64,000 nt of DNA, taken from Asterias rubens. Its lineage: Eukaryota. Positions 50,329 to 61,718 of the stretch are shown here, one piece after another (position 1 is the first letter of the stretch; the number at the start of each line of letters is the position of its first letter). A program made the position numbers and the translations under genes. The stretch covers positions 2,604,001-2,668,000 of the forward strand of contig NC_047080.1 in NCBI RefSeq assembly GCF_902459465.1. The letters run 5' to 3'. The notes under the pieces are model-generated. The model saw only the letters and a list, made by a program, of their open reading frames with translations. It searched no databases and was not told the origin of the DNA.

Positions 50329-51149
50329 TTAAAGGCAATAGACACGTTTGGTAATTGTCAAAGACCAGTATTCTCACTTGGTGTATCCCAAAATGATGAT
50401 GTATAAATAATAAAGACAGTATAAGTGGAAGAAACAATATAGAGTAATTTCTGAGTCAATAAAATGGAGAGGTTTGCAGCAATCAAAATTTTCCAATTAA
50501 TCAAATAAGTAAGTCGCGTCTACTTACCATCTTGTGGTCTTCCTTGACATCTCCCATCTAATGATTCACCAAACACATTCATCACCAACATCCTGTCCTC
50601 CTCATCAGAAGACACTTGACCCTTGACCTTGCTCTTTATTCCCCTCCAACCAGATGGGCAGTTCTCATTCTCATTTTGAAGCACATCATCAAAGAACTTG
50701 ATTAAAACGAACACCATCAGCGAGGTCATGTCCAAGGTGGAGATTGTTTGCATAAATCTCTTCGTTGTGTTATCATTCACCGCGGGCAATTGCAGTCAAA
50801 TTGGTTTTGTATAAAATATTGAACGGTGTACCTGACAGGTAAATGTTCTCAGTCAATGCCACTAAATTATCTTTTGATTGAAGTTTGTGAGCGTAAAATT
50901 GATATCGAAAAGAAGAACAAAAAATTGACACTTTGCTTGAAATAAAATGCATCGGCACGAATGTAAAAATCTACTTAAAAGACACGCAGAGTTTGATAAA
51001 TAAAAAGTTCAAAATAGTTTCAAATTTTCTGACGAGCATAACAAAAACATTATTCCAAAATGCTGTTCCACTTTGAGCATTTTTTTAATTTGCAATAAAT
51101 TATTGAGATTTTGAAAGTATAAGTGTGCCGTTCGGTCTCAAGGAGAGAG

Positions 51150-54100
51150 TTATAAATCAGTGACAACCAATCCAGCAACATTCTCAAGTTTTTCAAGTTC
51201 TGCATCTAAGTCAATGTCTTCAAGGAGTTCTGGATTGTTGACCCAGCCGAGTTCATTCGGTTCCGATTCGGGCATCAAAACACACATGAATCTTTTCCCC
51301 GTGTTTTCGTCCACTGGGTATATAGTTACGGGCACAAAATGCTCGTGGAGCTCCACCCACCGGCAAAGCTTGTCGTAGATTTCCGCGTGCTGGTGACGCA
51401 AACTGACGCCCCTCTGACGCAGTTGACGCTGAATATGCACAAAGCATACCTGTCTTGCCTTTCGGTCGAGTATCCCGTCTCCCTGCGGTCCCGTTGGTGA
51501 TGTAAGAATGAGAGTATCGGGGACCTGGTCTGCTTCTTTGCCTGTTGGGTCAGTGCTGTGGTTCATGAGACTGAGTTTGAGCTTGGCGCATTTCTTGACG
51601 GCCATTTCTGCCGTCCGCCTCGGCCGATGACCACGGTACTGTTCTCCGCTCGCCATGATAGCAACATTGATGACAAACTTGTTCTCAGGGTCGTACGAGC
51701 AACACATCTCCAGCAGAAACTTCATGTGGTCACCGAAAAGGTCAAAGGTTTGTAGCTCACGGACGGTTGAGTAAGTGGGCGGGCTCGGGAGAGCGTCGAA
51801 CCCCTTGGAGGTGTAGTTCTCAGCTGCCTCGGTGTCCGGGAAGATTAGCAAGATGGCGCCCCGTCCGCGAGAGAGATACCCCGTACGAGCCACTCGACTT
51901 AGATCAGACTGCAACTGCCCATTGTATCTACTGTGATAGAGAACATGCTTACATGCGCTGTTCACACGACCAAAGAGACAACGTTTCTTGTGTCGAGGCC
52001 AGTGCAACTTCCTACATTGTCTGGAACAGTAGTATGTGTAACAGTTATGACATGTCTTGTAAAACTTCCTTGCCTCCTCGAGCTCTTTAGTCTTAGCACA
52101 TTTTTTGTAGCTACACTTGACCATGATGATTTCATCACCTACTGCATCTCCTCCATCTTCCTCGTAACTAGGGTAACCGTCTCCATCGAGTCTTTTCCTG
52201 CCGAAGATGAGTGCGTTGAGGACATTGGTGTCTCCTTCACCATACAAACTATCAACACTGTGACTCTTGTCTGAAGAAGAAACTGAGGTGCTGCCTTGGC
52301 CAGCACTCCAGGAAGAGCTCAGGTCTGGCGTGGAGCAAGTAAGGGGCGAGGAAGTGGAACTACTGCCGCGGTATCCACTGCTGTTGAGATCAACAGCACT
52401 TGTTGCTCTTTGGTAAGGCAGACCAAGCAAGCTGTCAACGATCTCCTCCATGGTGACTTCTTGTTGGGGTACGAAGCCACTTCCGGGGAGGTACATACCA
52501 GACCGGTTTCCAGGCTGCATGTGTCTTGATGTAATGACGGACACCACAGCGGCAAACTCTGAATCCTTCAACTTGTCGAGGTCAAGTGGCGTCCATGAAG
52601 TTGCTTCCACAACCGTCTCCTGGTCAGAGGACGAAGGGTCTTGGTCACTCTGTCGTCCAATCGACGGATCGCTGTCGTCATCTTCAAGTGTGGTGTCAGT
52701 TATTAAGATCTTGACATTTGTCCGCCGTGGACTGGTATTTATTGGCGAGCTGCGGGGGGATTCTTTCTTACCATGGGACGGGGTGACCATGGCGAAACGA
52801 GGAGATATCTTCGTGTTTCTGCTGCCGTCTTGGTTGTAACGAGGATCGGGTTTAAGTTCGTCATCCACATGAGTATCGGTCAACTGGGGGTACCCTCGCG
52901 TCACGGCACTACCCATGATATTTCGCCGTGGTGCGGGGACAGGTGTCCGTGGTGACTGGGGTCCCATGGCAGCATTTAAATCAGGCCTACTTGATGTCGG
53001 TGTGAAGTGTTTGCTCTCTGATACACGATCCTTTGACAATTGATCAATTTCGATTCTACTATTAATGAATTCGTTTCCGTTTTGCAAGTTACCATTTTGT
53101 GGTGATGACGAGTCCCTGGGGTAGGAGCCCGTGGTGTTGGACCCGTAGGTACGCCTTCGATACTCCATATCGTCTACCGAGTCATTAGGGGGACCACCGG
53201 GGTTATTCCCTTTAGACCGGGTACCTTCATCTAAGTTATACTCGTCAGAATCGCAAAGATAACCCGTGACAAAGAAGATCGAATCGTACTTATGACGCTC
53301 AAGCCTCTTTACAGCAAGCGAATCGAAGTATGTTATCTGATCAAGATTATCCCCTACGGACTTACTGCGCAGCCGCAGACCACGTGAAGGTGATGATTGG
53401 GTGCGAGGAACGTCGTAGTTGACATCTTTTAGCGATGATGATGTTTGATTATGAAATGGTTGGCTGTAAATGGTGTCATCTGCACTTTGACAGTGATCTT
53501 TGTTGTCAGCGTGAGTCGAGGAGTTCAAGGGGTCACCATCGGGTGTTTTTATTGAGGCTCGAGTGGGCAGTTCAATGCACGATACTGCGTTACGGATTGG
53601 CTCATGGTTTAAAAAGGAGGCTGGGAAATCGCGTCTATACTTGGCTTCGGATTGGAAAGCTAACTTCGTAGAGACGGGTGGCTGGCTTGCTGCTGCGTCA
53701 TCAGATGACGTCACACTCCAACAATCACTCGGACATGACGAAGGGCTCCTTGTCATGCGCGGTTCAGAGTCGCTGTCTGACACCACTGACTTCGCATGCG
53801 GTCTTTTGTTTACCACGCGTTGATAGTGACTTGATTTCTTATACCAGTCGGGCACTTTAAGTTTGTCAATGCTTTTCCGAAGACGTTCGAGCTGTTCGGA
53901 TATGACGTCACTCGGGCTAGTTACGGAAACTTCCAAGTCAGAACGTTCGTGATCGTTCTCACGACTGTCTGAGTTTTCAGACTTTATGGGTGAAACATCT
54001 CTCTTCTTAGCTTGTGTTGTTTCGTTCAGCAGCAATTTCTTGGGTCGTTTCAAAGGTAAATTGTCAGTAAGTGTCGCTCTTAGCTCGTCTAACTCCGAAG

Positions 54101-56138
54101 TTTCACTTTGAGAGTCTCCATCACATGTGGACCTCCCATCTATTTCATTCCCATGACCAATCACAGTGTGGATTCCTTTTCCATCTGTAACCAATGCTGA
54201 TTTTGTCTCGAAGTTTCTCCCTGCGCTCGCAGTTGGCAAGTTATCACGTATTTCACTGCGTTTTTCAAGATGCACACTTTCCAGTTGTGCTGTAATTTGT
54301 GCACTGTTGACCCGTTGTTTGTTGTTTTCATCAGATGATAGTCCTGTTGATAAACTCGTTGTCCCGCTTCCGTAAGGCGATCGACTCGTCAGCAACTGGA
54401 TTTTCTTTACCGATCGGCCCCATGGGGCGGTTTGGGTGTCAGTGGGACTAACACTGTTCTCCGTGTCAGGTATTGAATTTATCTCCGCATGGATTACATG
54501 TGTATTTAAACCGGATTGAGTAACAGGTTCATCAGCGGGTTTGGGTTTACTACCGACAAGCGTGAACGCACGAGATCCAATGTGCGTTTTGCCGTGAAGG
54601 GAGCCTGCCGCTGAGCCATTGTGGGTATTATCAACAGTGTCAATATTGTCCCTCTCTATAAAATTTGTTCTTGTTTGTACCCCGAGCTTTAGAGTCGCGT
54701 CACTCTTCATAGTCACCGAATCGCCAAGTTTGGTTTGTTTATATAATCTTTCATTGGAATTTGTTGACGGTTGCCCGGCAGCGCGCTGCCCGGCACCCGT
54801 GTACAAGGCACGTTCCTCGCGTCGGCTACGGTCAATGTCCGAACTCGAATGTTGAGGAACTTTTTGAGAAGTTGGCGTTTTTGTGACCCTTGGTGGGGCT
54901 GTTTGGGTATCTTGTGTTGAATGAGAGGTACCTGGACGGGTGTGGGGAACACTGGTACGGGGCTTAGGTGTTGGTGTATTAAAGACACGCGCTATCTCCA
55001 TTGATGCATCGCTGACATCTTCGTCTTCGTCATCGTCTAGAGTGACCCGGACAACTTCGGTTGTTATCTCATCGTGACTTTTCTCTGGTAGGCATACCGT
55101 CGAGGCGTGCGTTTCCACCCATACGCTCTCGTCCCCTCCCGGTCCCTCTGAGCCAACCTCGTAACCGTTTGATGAGACATTCGGCTCAAGTATCCGAATA
55201 TCAGGAATGTAAATTCTTTCGGCTTGATCGAATGAAGCGTGAGTGAGCTGACCTTTTTGGAGAAAATTATTTCTGGCGATATTTAAATCTGCATCCTCTG
55301 ATTGGCTGATAGTTTGGAAATCATTATGAATATTCACTCCATATTCATGAGCGTTTGGAGATGATGAGCCAATAGCGCCATCTTTAGGCCATGGTTTCCG
55401 TTGAACGATGCCGATCGATGGACCACGGAAACCAGTGATCGCAGTTTTACGCGCCTCGTCATTATACTCACTTGAGGTTTTGTTTGGAATATTATCAAAG
55501 TGGTCTTCGTAATCGCGGTCTTTTGGTAAAGTAGGAATGCCACTTGAAGCTTTTGAGAAATACCACTTGGGTACGCGCGAGCCCCTTGTTGGACTCTGCT
55601 TGGGTTTGGGTTCACCTCCTCCTTGAGCATCACCTCTAGGTGTCTTAGACTCCTCATCTTCATCTTCCTCATCTATACTCTCAAGTGATGTGGGCCACTC
55701 CTTTGATCCTTTCCTCTTTACAGACTTCTTGTCTGCATCATCAGGTGTACTACAGAGATCTTGGTAATCATCATTCGATATTATGGCTCGGTATTCCTCC
55801 AGCGAACTCGAGTGACTCGCTCCAGTGTCATTCTCCCTCGTTCCCTCATGACGACTTGTGCTCGCCCCCGCATTATCAACGGCATCTCGTGCGTTCTCCT
55901 CGCCGAATCCCTCAATGCGACGCTGCACGTCTCTCTGCGGCGACCTGTCTACTGCCCGCCGACTCCTGGTCCTCGGTGACGGGTGATCCAATGGTGGTGT
56001 GTCCGGTAAATTCTTTAAAATGTACACCGCGGTGACTGCTACGGCTATGAGCGCAACGGATATCTGAGCGAGAATTGTTCTAGGGGCAACACCCGCAACG
56101 ACCAGTGCCCCCTCGGCAGCTAATGCCGTTTCATCCAT
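51150..56138 (-). CDS. AJM1: Apical junction component 1 homolog (AJM1/C9orf172-like), single coding exon, about 1662 aa from first ATG (ORF open to 56162)
   Basis: 5-kb uninterrupted ORF. C-terminal about 330 aa has a MYND-like finger KTCHNCYTYYCSRQCRKLHWPRHKKRC followed by FGRVNSACKHVL and LSRVARTGYLSRGRGAILLIFP, as I recall for human AJM1 (YFKSCHSCYTYYCSRLCR...GRVGSVCRHVL...ARVGFLSRGRGVLFLGFP). The rest is low-complexity and likely disordered. Confidence 0.88.
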   Translation of the reverse strand: MDETALAAEGALVVAGVAPRTILAQISVALIAVAVTAVYILKNLPDTPPLDHPSPRTRSRRAVDRSPQRDVQRRIEGFGEENARDAVDNAGASTSRHEGTRENDTGASHSSSLEEYRAIISNDDYQDLCSTPDDADKKSVKRKGSKEWPTSLESIDEEDEDEESKTPRGDAQGGGEPKPKQSPTRGSRVPKWYFSKASSGIPTLPKDRDYEDHFDNIPNKTSSEYNDEARKTAITGFRGPSIGIVQRKPWPKDGAIGSSSPNAHEYGVNIHNDFQTISQSEDADLNIARNNFLQKGQLTHASFDQAERIYIPDIRILEPNVSSNGYEVGSEGPGGDESVWVETHASTVCLPEKSHDEITTEVVRVTLDDDEDEDVSDASMEIARVFNTPTPKPRTSVPHTRPGTSHSTQDTQTAPPRVTKTPTSQKVPQHSSSDIDRSRREERALYTGAGQRAAGQPSTNSNERLYKQTKLGDSVTMKSDATLKLGVQTRTNFIERDNIDTVDNTHNGSAAGSLHGKTHIGSRAFTLVGSKPKPADEPVTQSGLNTHVIHAEINSIPDTENSVSPTDTQTAPWGRSVKKIQLLTSRSPYGSGTTSLSTGLSSDENNKQRVNSAQITAQLESVHLEKRSEIRDNLPTASAGRNFETKSALVTDGKGIHTVIGHGNEIDGRSTCDGDSQSETSELDELRATLTDNLPLKRPKKLLLNETTQAKKRDVSPIKSENSDSRENDHERSDLEVSVTSPSDVISEQLERLRKSIDKLKVPDWYKKSSHYQRVVNKRPHAKSVVSDSDSEPRMTRSPSSCPSDCWSVTSSDDAAASQPPVSTKLAFQSEAKYRRDFPASFLNHEPIRNAVSCIELPTRASIKTPDGDPLNSSTHADNKDHCQSADDTIYSQPFHNQTSSSLKDVNYDVPRTQSSPSRGLRLRSKSVGDNLDQITYFDSLAVKRLERHKYDSIFFVTGYLCDSDEYNLDEGTRSKGNNPGGPPNDSVDDMEYRRRTYGSNTTGSYPRDSSSPQNGNLQNGNEFINSRIEIDQLSKDRVSESKHFTPTSSRPDLNAAMGPQSPRTPVPAPRRNIMGSAVTRGYPQLTDTHVDDELKPDPRYNQDGSRNTKISPRFAMVTPSHGKKESPRSSPINTSPRRTNVKILITDTTLEDDDSDPSIGRQSDQDPSSSDQETVVEATSWTPLDLDKLKDSEFAAVVSVITSRHMQPGNRSGMYLPGSGFVPQQEVTMEEIVDSLLGLPYQRATSAVDLNSSGYRGSSSTSSPLTCSTPDLSSSWSAGQGSTSVSSSDKSHSVDSLYGEGDTNVLNALIFGRKRLDGDGYPSYEEDGGDAVGDEIIMVKCSYKKCAKTKELEEARKFYKTCHNCYTYYCSRQCRKLHWPRHKKRCLFGRVNSACKHVLYHSRYNGQLQSDLSRVARTGYLSRGRGAILLIFPDTEAAENYTSKGFDALPSPPTYSTVRELQTFDLFGDHMKFLLEMCCSYDPENKFVINVAIMASGEQYRGHRPRRTAEMAVKKCAKLKLSLMNHSTDPTGKEADQVPDTLILTSPTGPQGDGILDRKARQVCFVHIQRQLRQRGVSLRHQHAEIYDKLCRWVELHEHFVPVTIYPVDENTGKRFMCVLMPESEPNELGWVNNPELLEDIDLDAELEKLENVAGLVVTDL

Positions 56139-57592
56139 CCCCAGTGTGGGATTATAATACACCTTACTTATGTACTGTAAAGGTATTACTTAGCACACTT
56201 ATTATCCACTGTGTGTGATAGTGGGTTCGTAATCCAGCACCATTCGATCCATTCGATGTTCAACCGCGACTACTATGTTCCATCACTTAAACTCCCCGTT
56301 TACAGTTCGATTTCGACACCGTGCACTCACGCATCCTTCATCCACACAATGTCTCGTCGTGAATCCGAAGCAGCAAATAAAATGGCAAAACGTGGGAGAC
56401 ACCCTTTTTTGCTGATTGCTAGCCTCTGTTGCTACTAGCAACACACTGATGAGATGGGTGCTGCTGCCTGCACGATGATGAAGCTAGGCTTTATAGATCA
56501 ATGAATAGCAGAATCTACACTGAGTCACTCTATGCATGTACTGAGGCATCGCACGCACACTGCCTCAGTCAGTCTACTGCATATCACTCATTAGCAAGCC
56601 CGTATATAAGAGACACATAGCTTACACACGTACATCATCTACTTCTACCTCCATGCGTAGACTAACCACATGTCCACGAGAGCACACGCCCTCGCATCTT
56701 TATTCATCACAGCCACAAACAATATCCAGAAGAAAACACTACACGAACGGTGACAATGAAAATCGATCAATGTATATATTTAGTGAAGAATTGTTTTGTT
56801 TAATATCGGGGAGACAGATTGCATTCGGCTGATGCATAATTTCAGAATTAGAAGGGGAAAATGGGATGTCATTAAATGACGTCACATTAACTGACGTCAC
56901 ATGCCATCGATTTATGAGCAAATACGCAAATATCATTAATGGGTCACTTAGCCGTTATGCAGATAAGTATAGCATTTTGTTTATACCTCCCACGCGGTTA
57001 AACCTTGCTTATGTTCTACTTAGCAGAAATGAGCAAAGGAACACCATAAAAAGGCATTAGCATCAAGTTTTACTTAAATTGTTAATTGAGCTTGGCACAG
57101 GTTGTCTTTGTTTTTTTCTTTGTGGTGAAATTAATTTTCTTGATAAATGTTTTTACACTCCCTAATTTGTTCTTTTCATGGTTTATTTGGTGGAGGGGAC
57201 TGTTATACACATATATTTTGTTTGTAATGCTCTTTGATTTTAATCTGTGTGTTGAGATGTACATGTTGTGTAATTTATAATAATTTCCCAGTCTTTTCTG
57301 GACTTTAAAACCAATCAGTTTTTAAATTGCTACCCCGTAAGGTTTGTCTATCTAATAATTCCGGTTAATAAATGATGAATTCCAGTATTAGGTGATCATC
57401 GGCAGGGTATAGTCCGTGATGATAGTGAAGTGTAGATAGCGAGATGACTGGCTCATGATGTACAGAGTACATTGTACTATTAAAAAGTCACGTTCACCAA
57501 TTCAGCTGTACGTGTTTTTACATCAAGCGCTTGAAATGTCAATGTGTGTCGCACTTCAAACTGACTAGCTACAAACACGTGTTCAATATTAA

Positions 57593-57970
57593 AGGCAGTG
57601 GACACTATTGGTAATTACTCAAAATAATTATTAGCATAAAACCTTACTTGGGAACGAGTAACGGGGAGAGGTTGGTAGTATAAAACATTGTAAGAAACGG
57701 CTCCCTCTGAAGTGACGTAGTTTTCGAGAAAGAAGTAACTTTCCACGAATTTGATTTCAAGACTTCATATTTTAGAATTTGAGGTCTCGAAATCAAGCAT
57801 CTGAAAACACACAACTTCGTGTGACCATGTGTAACAAGGGTGTTTTTTTCTTTCATTATTATCTCGCAATTTCGACGGCCGATTGAGCTTAAATTTTCAT
57901 GCATATGTTGAGATACACCGAGTGAGAAGATTAGTCTTTGACATTATTATACCAATAGTGTCCAATGTCT
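57593..57970. mobile_element. Family A MITE, full length
   Basis: TTAA|AGGCAGTGGACACTATTGGTAATT ... CCAATAGTGTCCAATGTCT|TTAA. Confidence 0.9.
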
Positions 57971-59670
57971 TTAAAGGGAATGGTTCAAACTCGTTTGAAT
58001 TTTTAGGTTAAGGTGCTTTTTCTAGACTGGTCCCCTGACAAGGATAAAGACAGGCACTGGTCTTAGAGAGCCAATGATTTCATTGGATAAACGTGCAGTG
58101 ACGTATGCTTTTCATTGTGCTATGATTGGTCCGAGGTGATGTAGTTTGACAGCTTGCACTTTCGGTCGCCTGTAAGAAGAATGTGTGCAATGTACGTGTG
58201 AATCACGACTGCGAATCTCATTTTAAAATGGATGCAAGTTTTTTAAAGGAACTGGACTCTATTGATTAAAACAAAAAAATGTACCTACGGTTTTACAAAA
58301 CAAAATGTTGACATTATACTTTGCTGGTCATGAGGTTCTTAAATAGTAAGCTGATGCGAAGGAACATTACATAATAGGTTTTTGCTTAACATAAACTGAC
58401 AAACCTGTAGAAGTTTGAGATCGATCGGCCATCTGGGTCACGAGAAAATAGTGAACACCCGAGTACATATTTTGCATTGCACCGATGCCAAAACAAAAAT
58501 TAATAAAACGATGATGTTTTTTATCCTTCCTGTACAAAGGCCTACCTTTAAGCGTACAGCAACCTAATAGTGTAAGCTCCTCATTAATTTGTTGGTCTGT
58601 TTTACAACAATTTTGACAAAGTGGAGGCAGCTGTTCTACTTCTAATAAATCTGTGCTCCCATAGATGAGACATTAATCTTACTGAAGGAGACCATCGTGA
58701 ATGTGATGATGTTCAGGACTTTAGATTCTCCGAAGAGTACGTTCATCCCGACGTTTGATCCCAAACAAACTTGTGAAAATAACAGGTGCACTCGCTTCCA
58801 AGAAGAAGACGAATTGTGTGTTGTCTAGTTGTGCTTAAAGGCTTTATCCGTAGTGTATTCAGTGTGTTTGGGACTTAAGGGGGGGGGAGTGTGCCGGGTT
58901 GATTCCCCCCCAAACGACATTGCAATATTTTTCCCACTGCCGCTGTGATTGGCTCTCTACGTCAAAATTACGTCATCAAGAAATTGGCCTGCTCGTTTAC
59001 CAAATCATTGCAATGCCGTTTGGAGAAAAAAAACAAGCTGCCGGCGAGAGGGTCTGGGAGGGAGGTTTTACCCTCTGTCGTCAAATCGGGCCTACTATAT
59101 ACGTGTCGAGTTTTGATTGTTGATTAACTTAACTTAACTGTGTATTAGACAAACGACAAAGCATTCACAATATAAGACTGACAATCCCTTTAAGACAATA
59201 ATACAGACACACATCTCATCACAGATGACCACGCCCTTTATATGCACCACCTGTCGAGCCATCAGAATGACACAATTAGGCGTCAGACGAGATTAGCCAC
59301 AATTAGGCGTCAGACGAGATTAGCCGAAATAATAATGGTTGCAGTGACAAGGTTTCTTGTTTGTATTTATTCGTCACATCGAGCCGATGACAAAGAACAT
59401 ATCTATTGGAATAACAATTCATTTATTGATAATTTTTGTTGAATGCTTCGACGCATTGTCATAAACTGACAAATCCAGCGCAAGAATTTTCACGCTTTTG
59501 TGTAAAGGATTAAAAATAGAATGGAATTCCTTTCTGTTAAAGCCTTCGTATTATTATAAATATTGTAATTGTTTATTGATAAATACATTGTGTTTATTAT
59601 TAAAATAACGTTAAAATTTTGACCATATCCCTGTCGGATAAACCAAAAAGTTTAATTGCCGTGACAACTA

Positions 59671-59685
59671 CCAGTAGATGGCGCC
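59671..59685 (+). promoter_or_regulatory. Candidate CTCF binding motif
   Basis: CCAGTAGATGGCGCC matches the core consensus CCASYAGRKGGCRSY at 15/15 positions. Confidence 0.45.
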
Positions 59686-60407
59686 ATACTTACCGCACAA
59701 TGAACCAATTCAAACCTATTAACTTCCATATCTGGCCCTCAAAATCTGTTCATCCGTAAGTCCAGGGCCTGCTACATAATGATAAAGAGGCTGATGCTCT
59801 GTTTTCTTCCTATATAGTGGGGTGCACCCTTGATGCACTTAGTAAGAAAAAAATCCACCCAGACAACACCGCTGTATTGACAATAAAGCTAAATAGTTGC
59901 TTCTATGGGGAAAGGGATGAACTGGCTCAAACATTTCTGACAAATGACAAAATAAAAATACTGTGAAATAGAAATATCTTTCCATAATGTTTTATTACAA
60001 CAGCTTTGCTTTCCAAGTATAATATATTTCTTACAATATGATACGATCAATCAATCAATCTACAAAAAAAAGGTTTTGTTTAAATTACATCATAACTCAC
60101 TGGCATCAATATCTCTGTATTCAGTAAAAAAAAAAACACTTTTACCTTATTAAGAATGAACCAAGCGATCACAAAAATCAAGATATATTTTTCCTGTTTG
60201 ATTGAAAATGACACCTTCACCAATATTAAATAATTTTGGAAGCTACATGCATAATATTTACTTATTTTATAAATTTCTATGATGTAACTCATGCAAGCTG
60301 TTATAAAAATTATCTATATGAACTACAACATACATTATACAAAGGTTTAGTGTTTGTTTTAATTGCAAATACTGCTACTGCTGGTATAACTTAAAGTCAC
60401 TGGACAC

Positions 60408-60934
60408 GTTGCGGTACCCATATCGTTGCGGTACCCGCTGCCATAACATAGGATTCGAACTGCCTCTGGCTACCGGGCAACCTCGGTAGTCTAGTTGGTA
60501 AGAAACTGCTCTAGAATTGCAAGGGTCGTGGGTTCGAATCCACCTGAGTTACATGCCTGTGATATTTTTTCACAGGACTCGGGGAAAGTACCGAGTATAC
60601 AGTGCTAACACACATTGGTGTATGGGTAAAAAAAAAAAAAAATTAATATTCTTTATCCCTGATGCAAATTTAACATCTATTATATCGTTGCAGTACCCAC
60701 TGCCAAAACATAGGATTCAAACTGCCTCTAGCTACCAGGCAACCTCGGTAGTCTAGTTGGTAAAACACTGCTCTAGAATTGCAAGGGTTCGAATCCCACT
60801 CGAGTAACATGCCTGTGATATTTTTTCACAGGACTCGGGAAAGTACTGAGTATACAGTGCTAACACACATCGGTGTATGGGTAAACAAAAAAAACAAAAA
60901 AACTTTATCCCCGATGCAAATTTAACATCTATTA
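60408..60934 (+). mobile_element. Head-to-tail dimer (about 263-bp unit) of a repeat with an internal tRNA-like module, inserted in a MITE terminus
   Basis: Units about 60421-60683 and 60684-60934; A box TAGTCTAGTTGG, B box GGTTCGAATCC; flanked by CACTGGACAC at 60398-60407 and 60935-60944. Confidence 0.8.
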
Positions 60935-61718
60935 CACTGGACACTATTGGTAATTGTCAAAGACCATGTAGTCTTCTAACTTGGTGTATCTCAACATATG
61001 CATTAAATAACAGACCTGCGAAAATTTGAGCTCAATTGGGTGTCGGAGTTGCGAGATAATAATGAAAGAAAGTTGTGTGCTTGATTTCGAGACCTCAAAA
61101 TCTATTTCCCGAGGTCTCAAATCACATTTGTGGAAAATTACTTATAATCCACTGGGCTTCGTCAGCAACAGCATTCCAACCATAGCTACTCTCAAAGCCA
61201 TTGACTCGGCAATGGCCTTTACTACTGTCGTTGAATCAAGATAATGTACATCATAAATAATAAATTTCAAATTTGCCTCAAGGATAAATAATACCATTTT
61301 GTTTTTACCGTTATTACAACAATGTGCGTATAGCACTCTTTAATTTGTTTTTGAATCAAGATATGGTACATTCTTTGTTAAATTAACAAACTGCTGCTTC
61401 TGTATTGGCCTGCTTACTATTATTGAATCAAGATATGTTATAACCTTTGTCGACAAACTGCTGATTCTGTTACTGTCTTTGAATCATTATTCCATGCACC
61501 ATTGGTAATAATTATTGTCGACACTACTGCTACTGATATGCTTACTATTATCAGAATCAAGATATTAAAAGTAAAGCACTTAAAATATAACAAACTACTG
61601 TTTTATCTATGGCTTTTTGTTTCTATTCAATACTGCCACCATGGCAACTAAGCTGTGTATATAATATAATTTTTAATTTCAATAAAACTCTATGTGTTAC
61701 AGACAGCGTGATACATGT

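Noticed and set aside
50520-50789. 89-aa minus-strand ORF (MPAVNDN...QDGK)
   Set aside because: No recognisable family. Its phase-1 end does not fit the next strong acceptor, so only the alternative short frame is reported as a candidate.
51160-56035. Many short ORFs overlapping AJM1 on either strand
   Set aside because: Shadow frames of the long GC-richer ORF; no recognisable domains.
60484-60550. tRNA gene (apparent CTA/TAG anticodon, suppressor-like)
   Set aside because: Anticodon and acceptor stems do not pair properly and the module is embedded in a repeated unit; treated as a tRNA-derived repeat. The same applies to 5548-5892 and 10072-10180.
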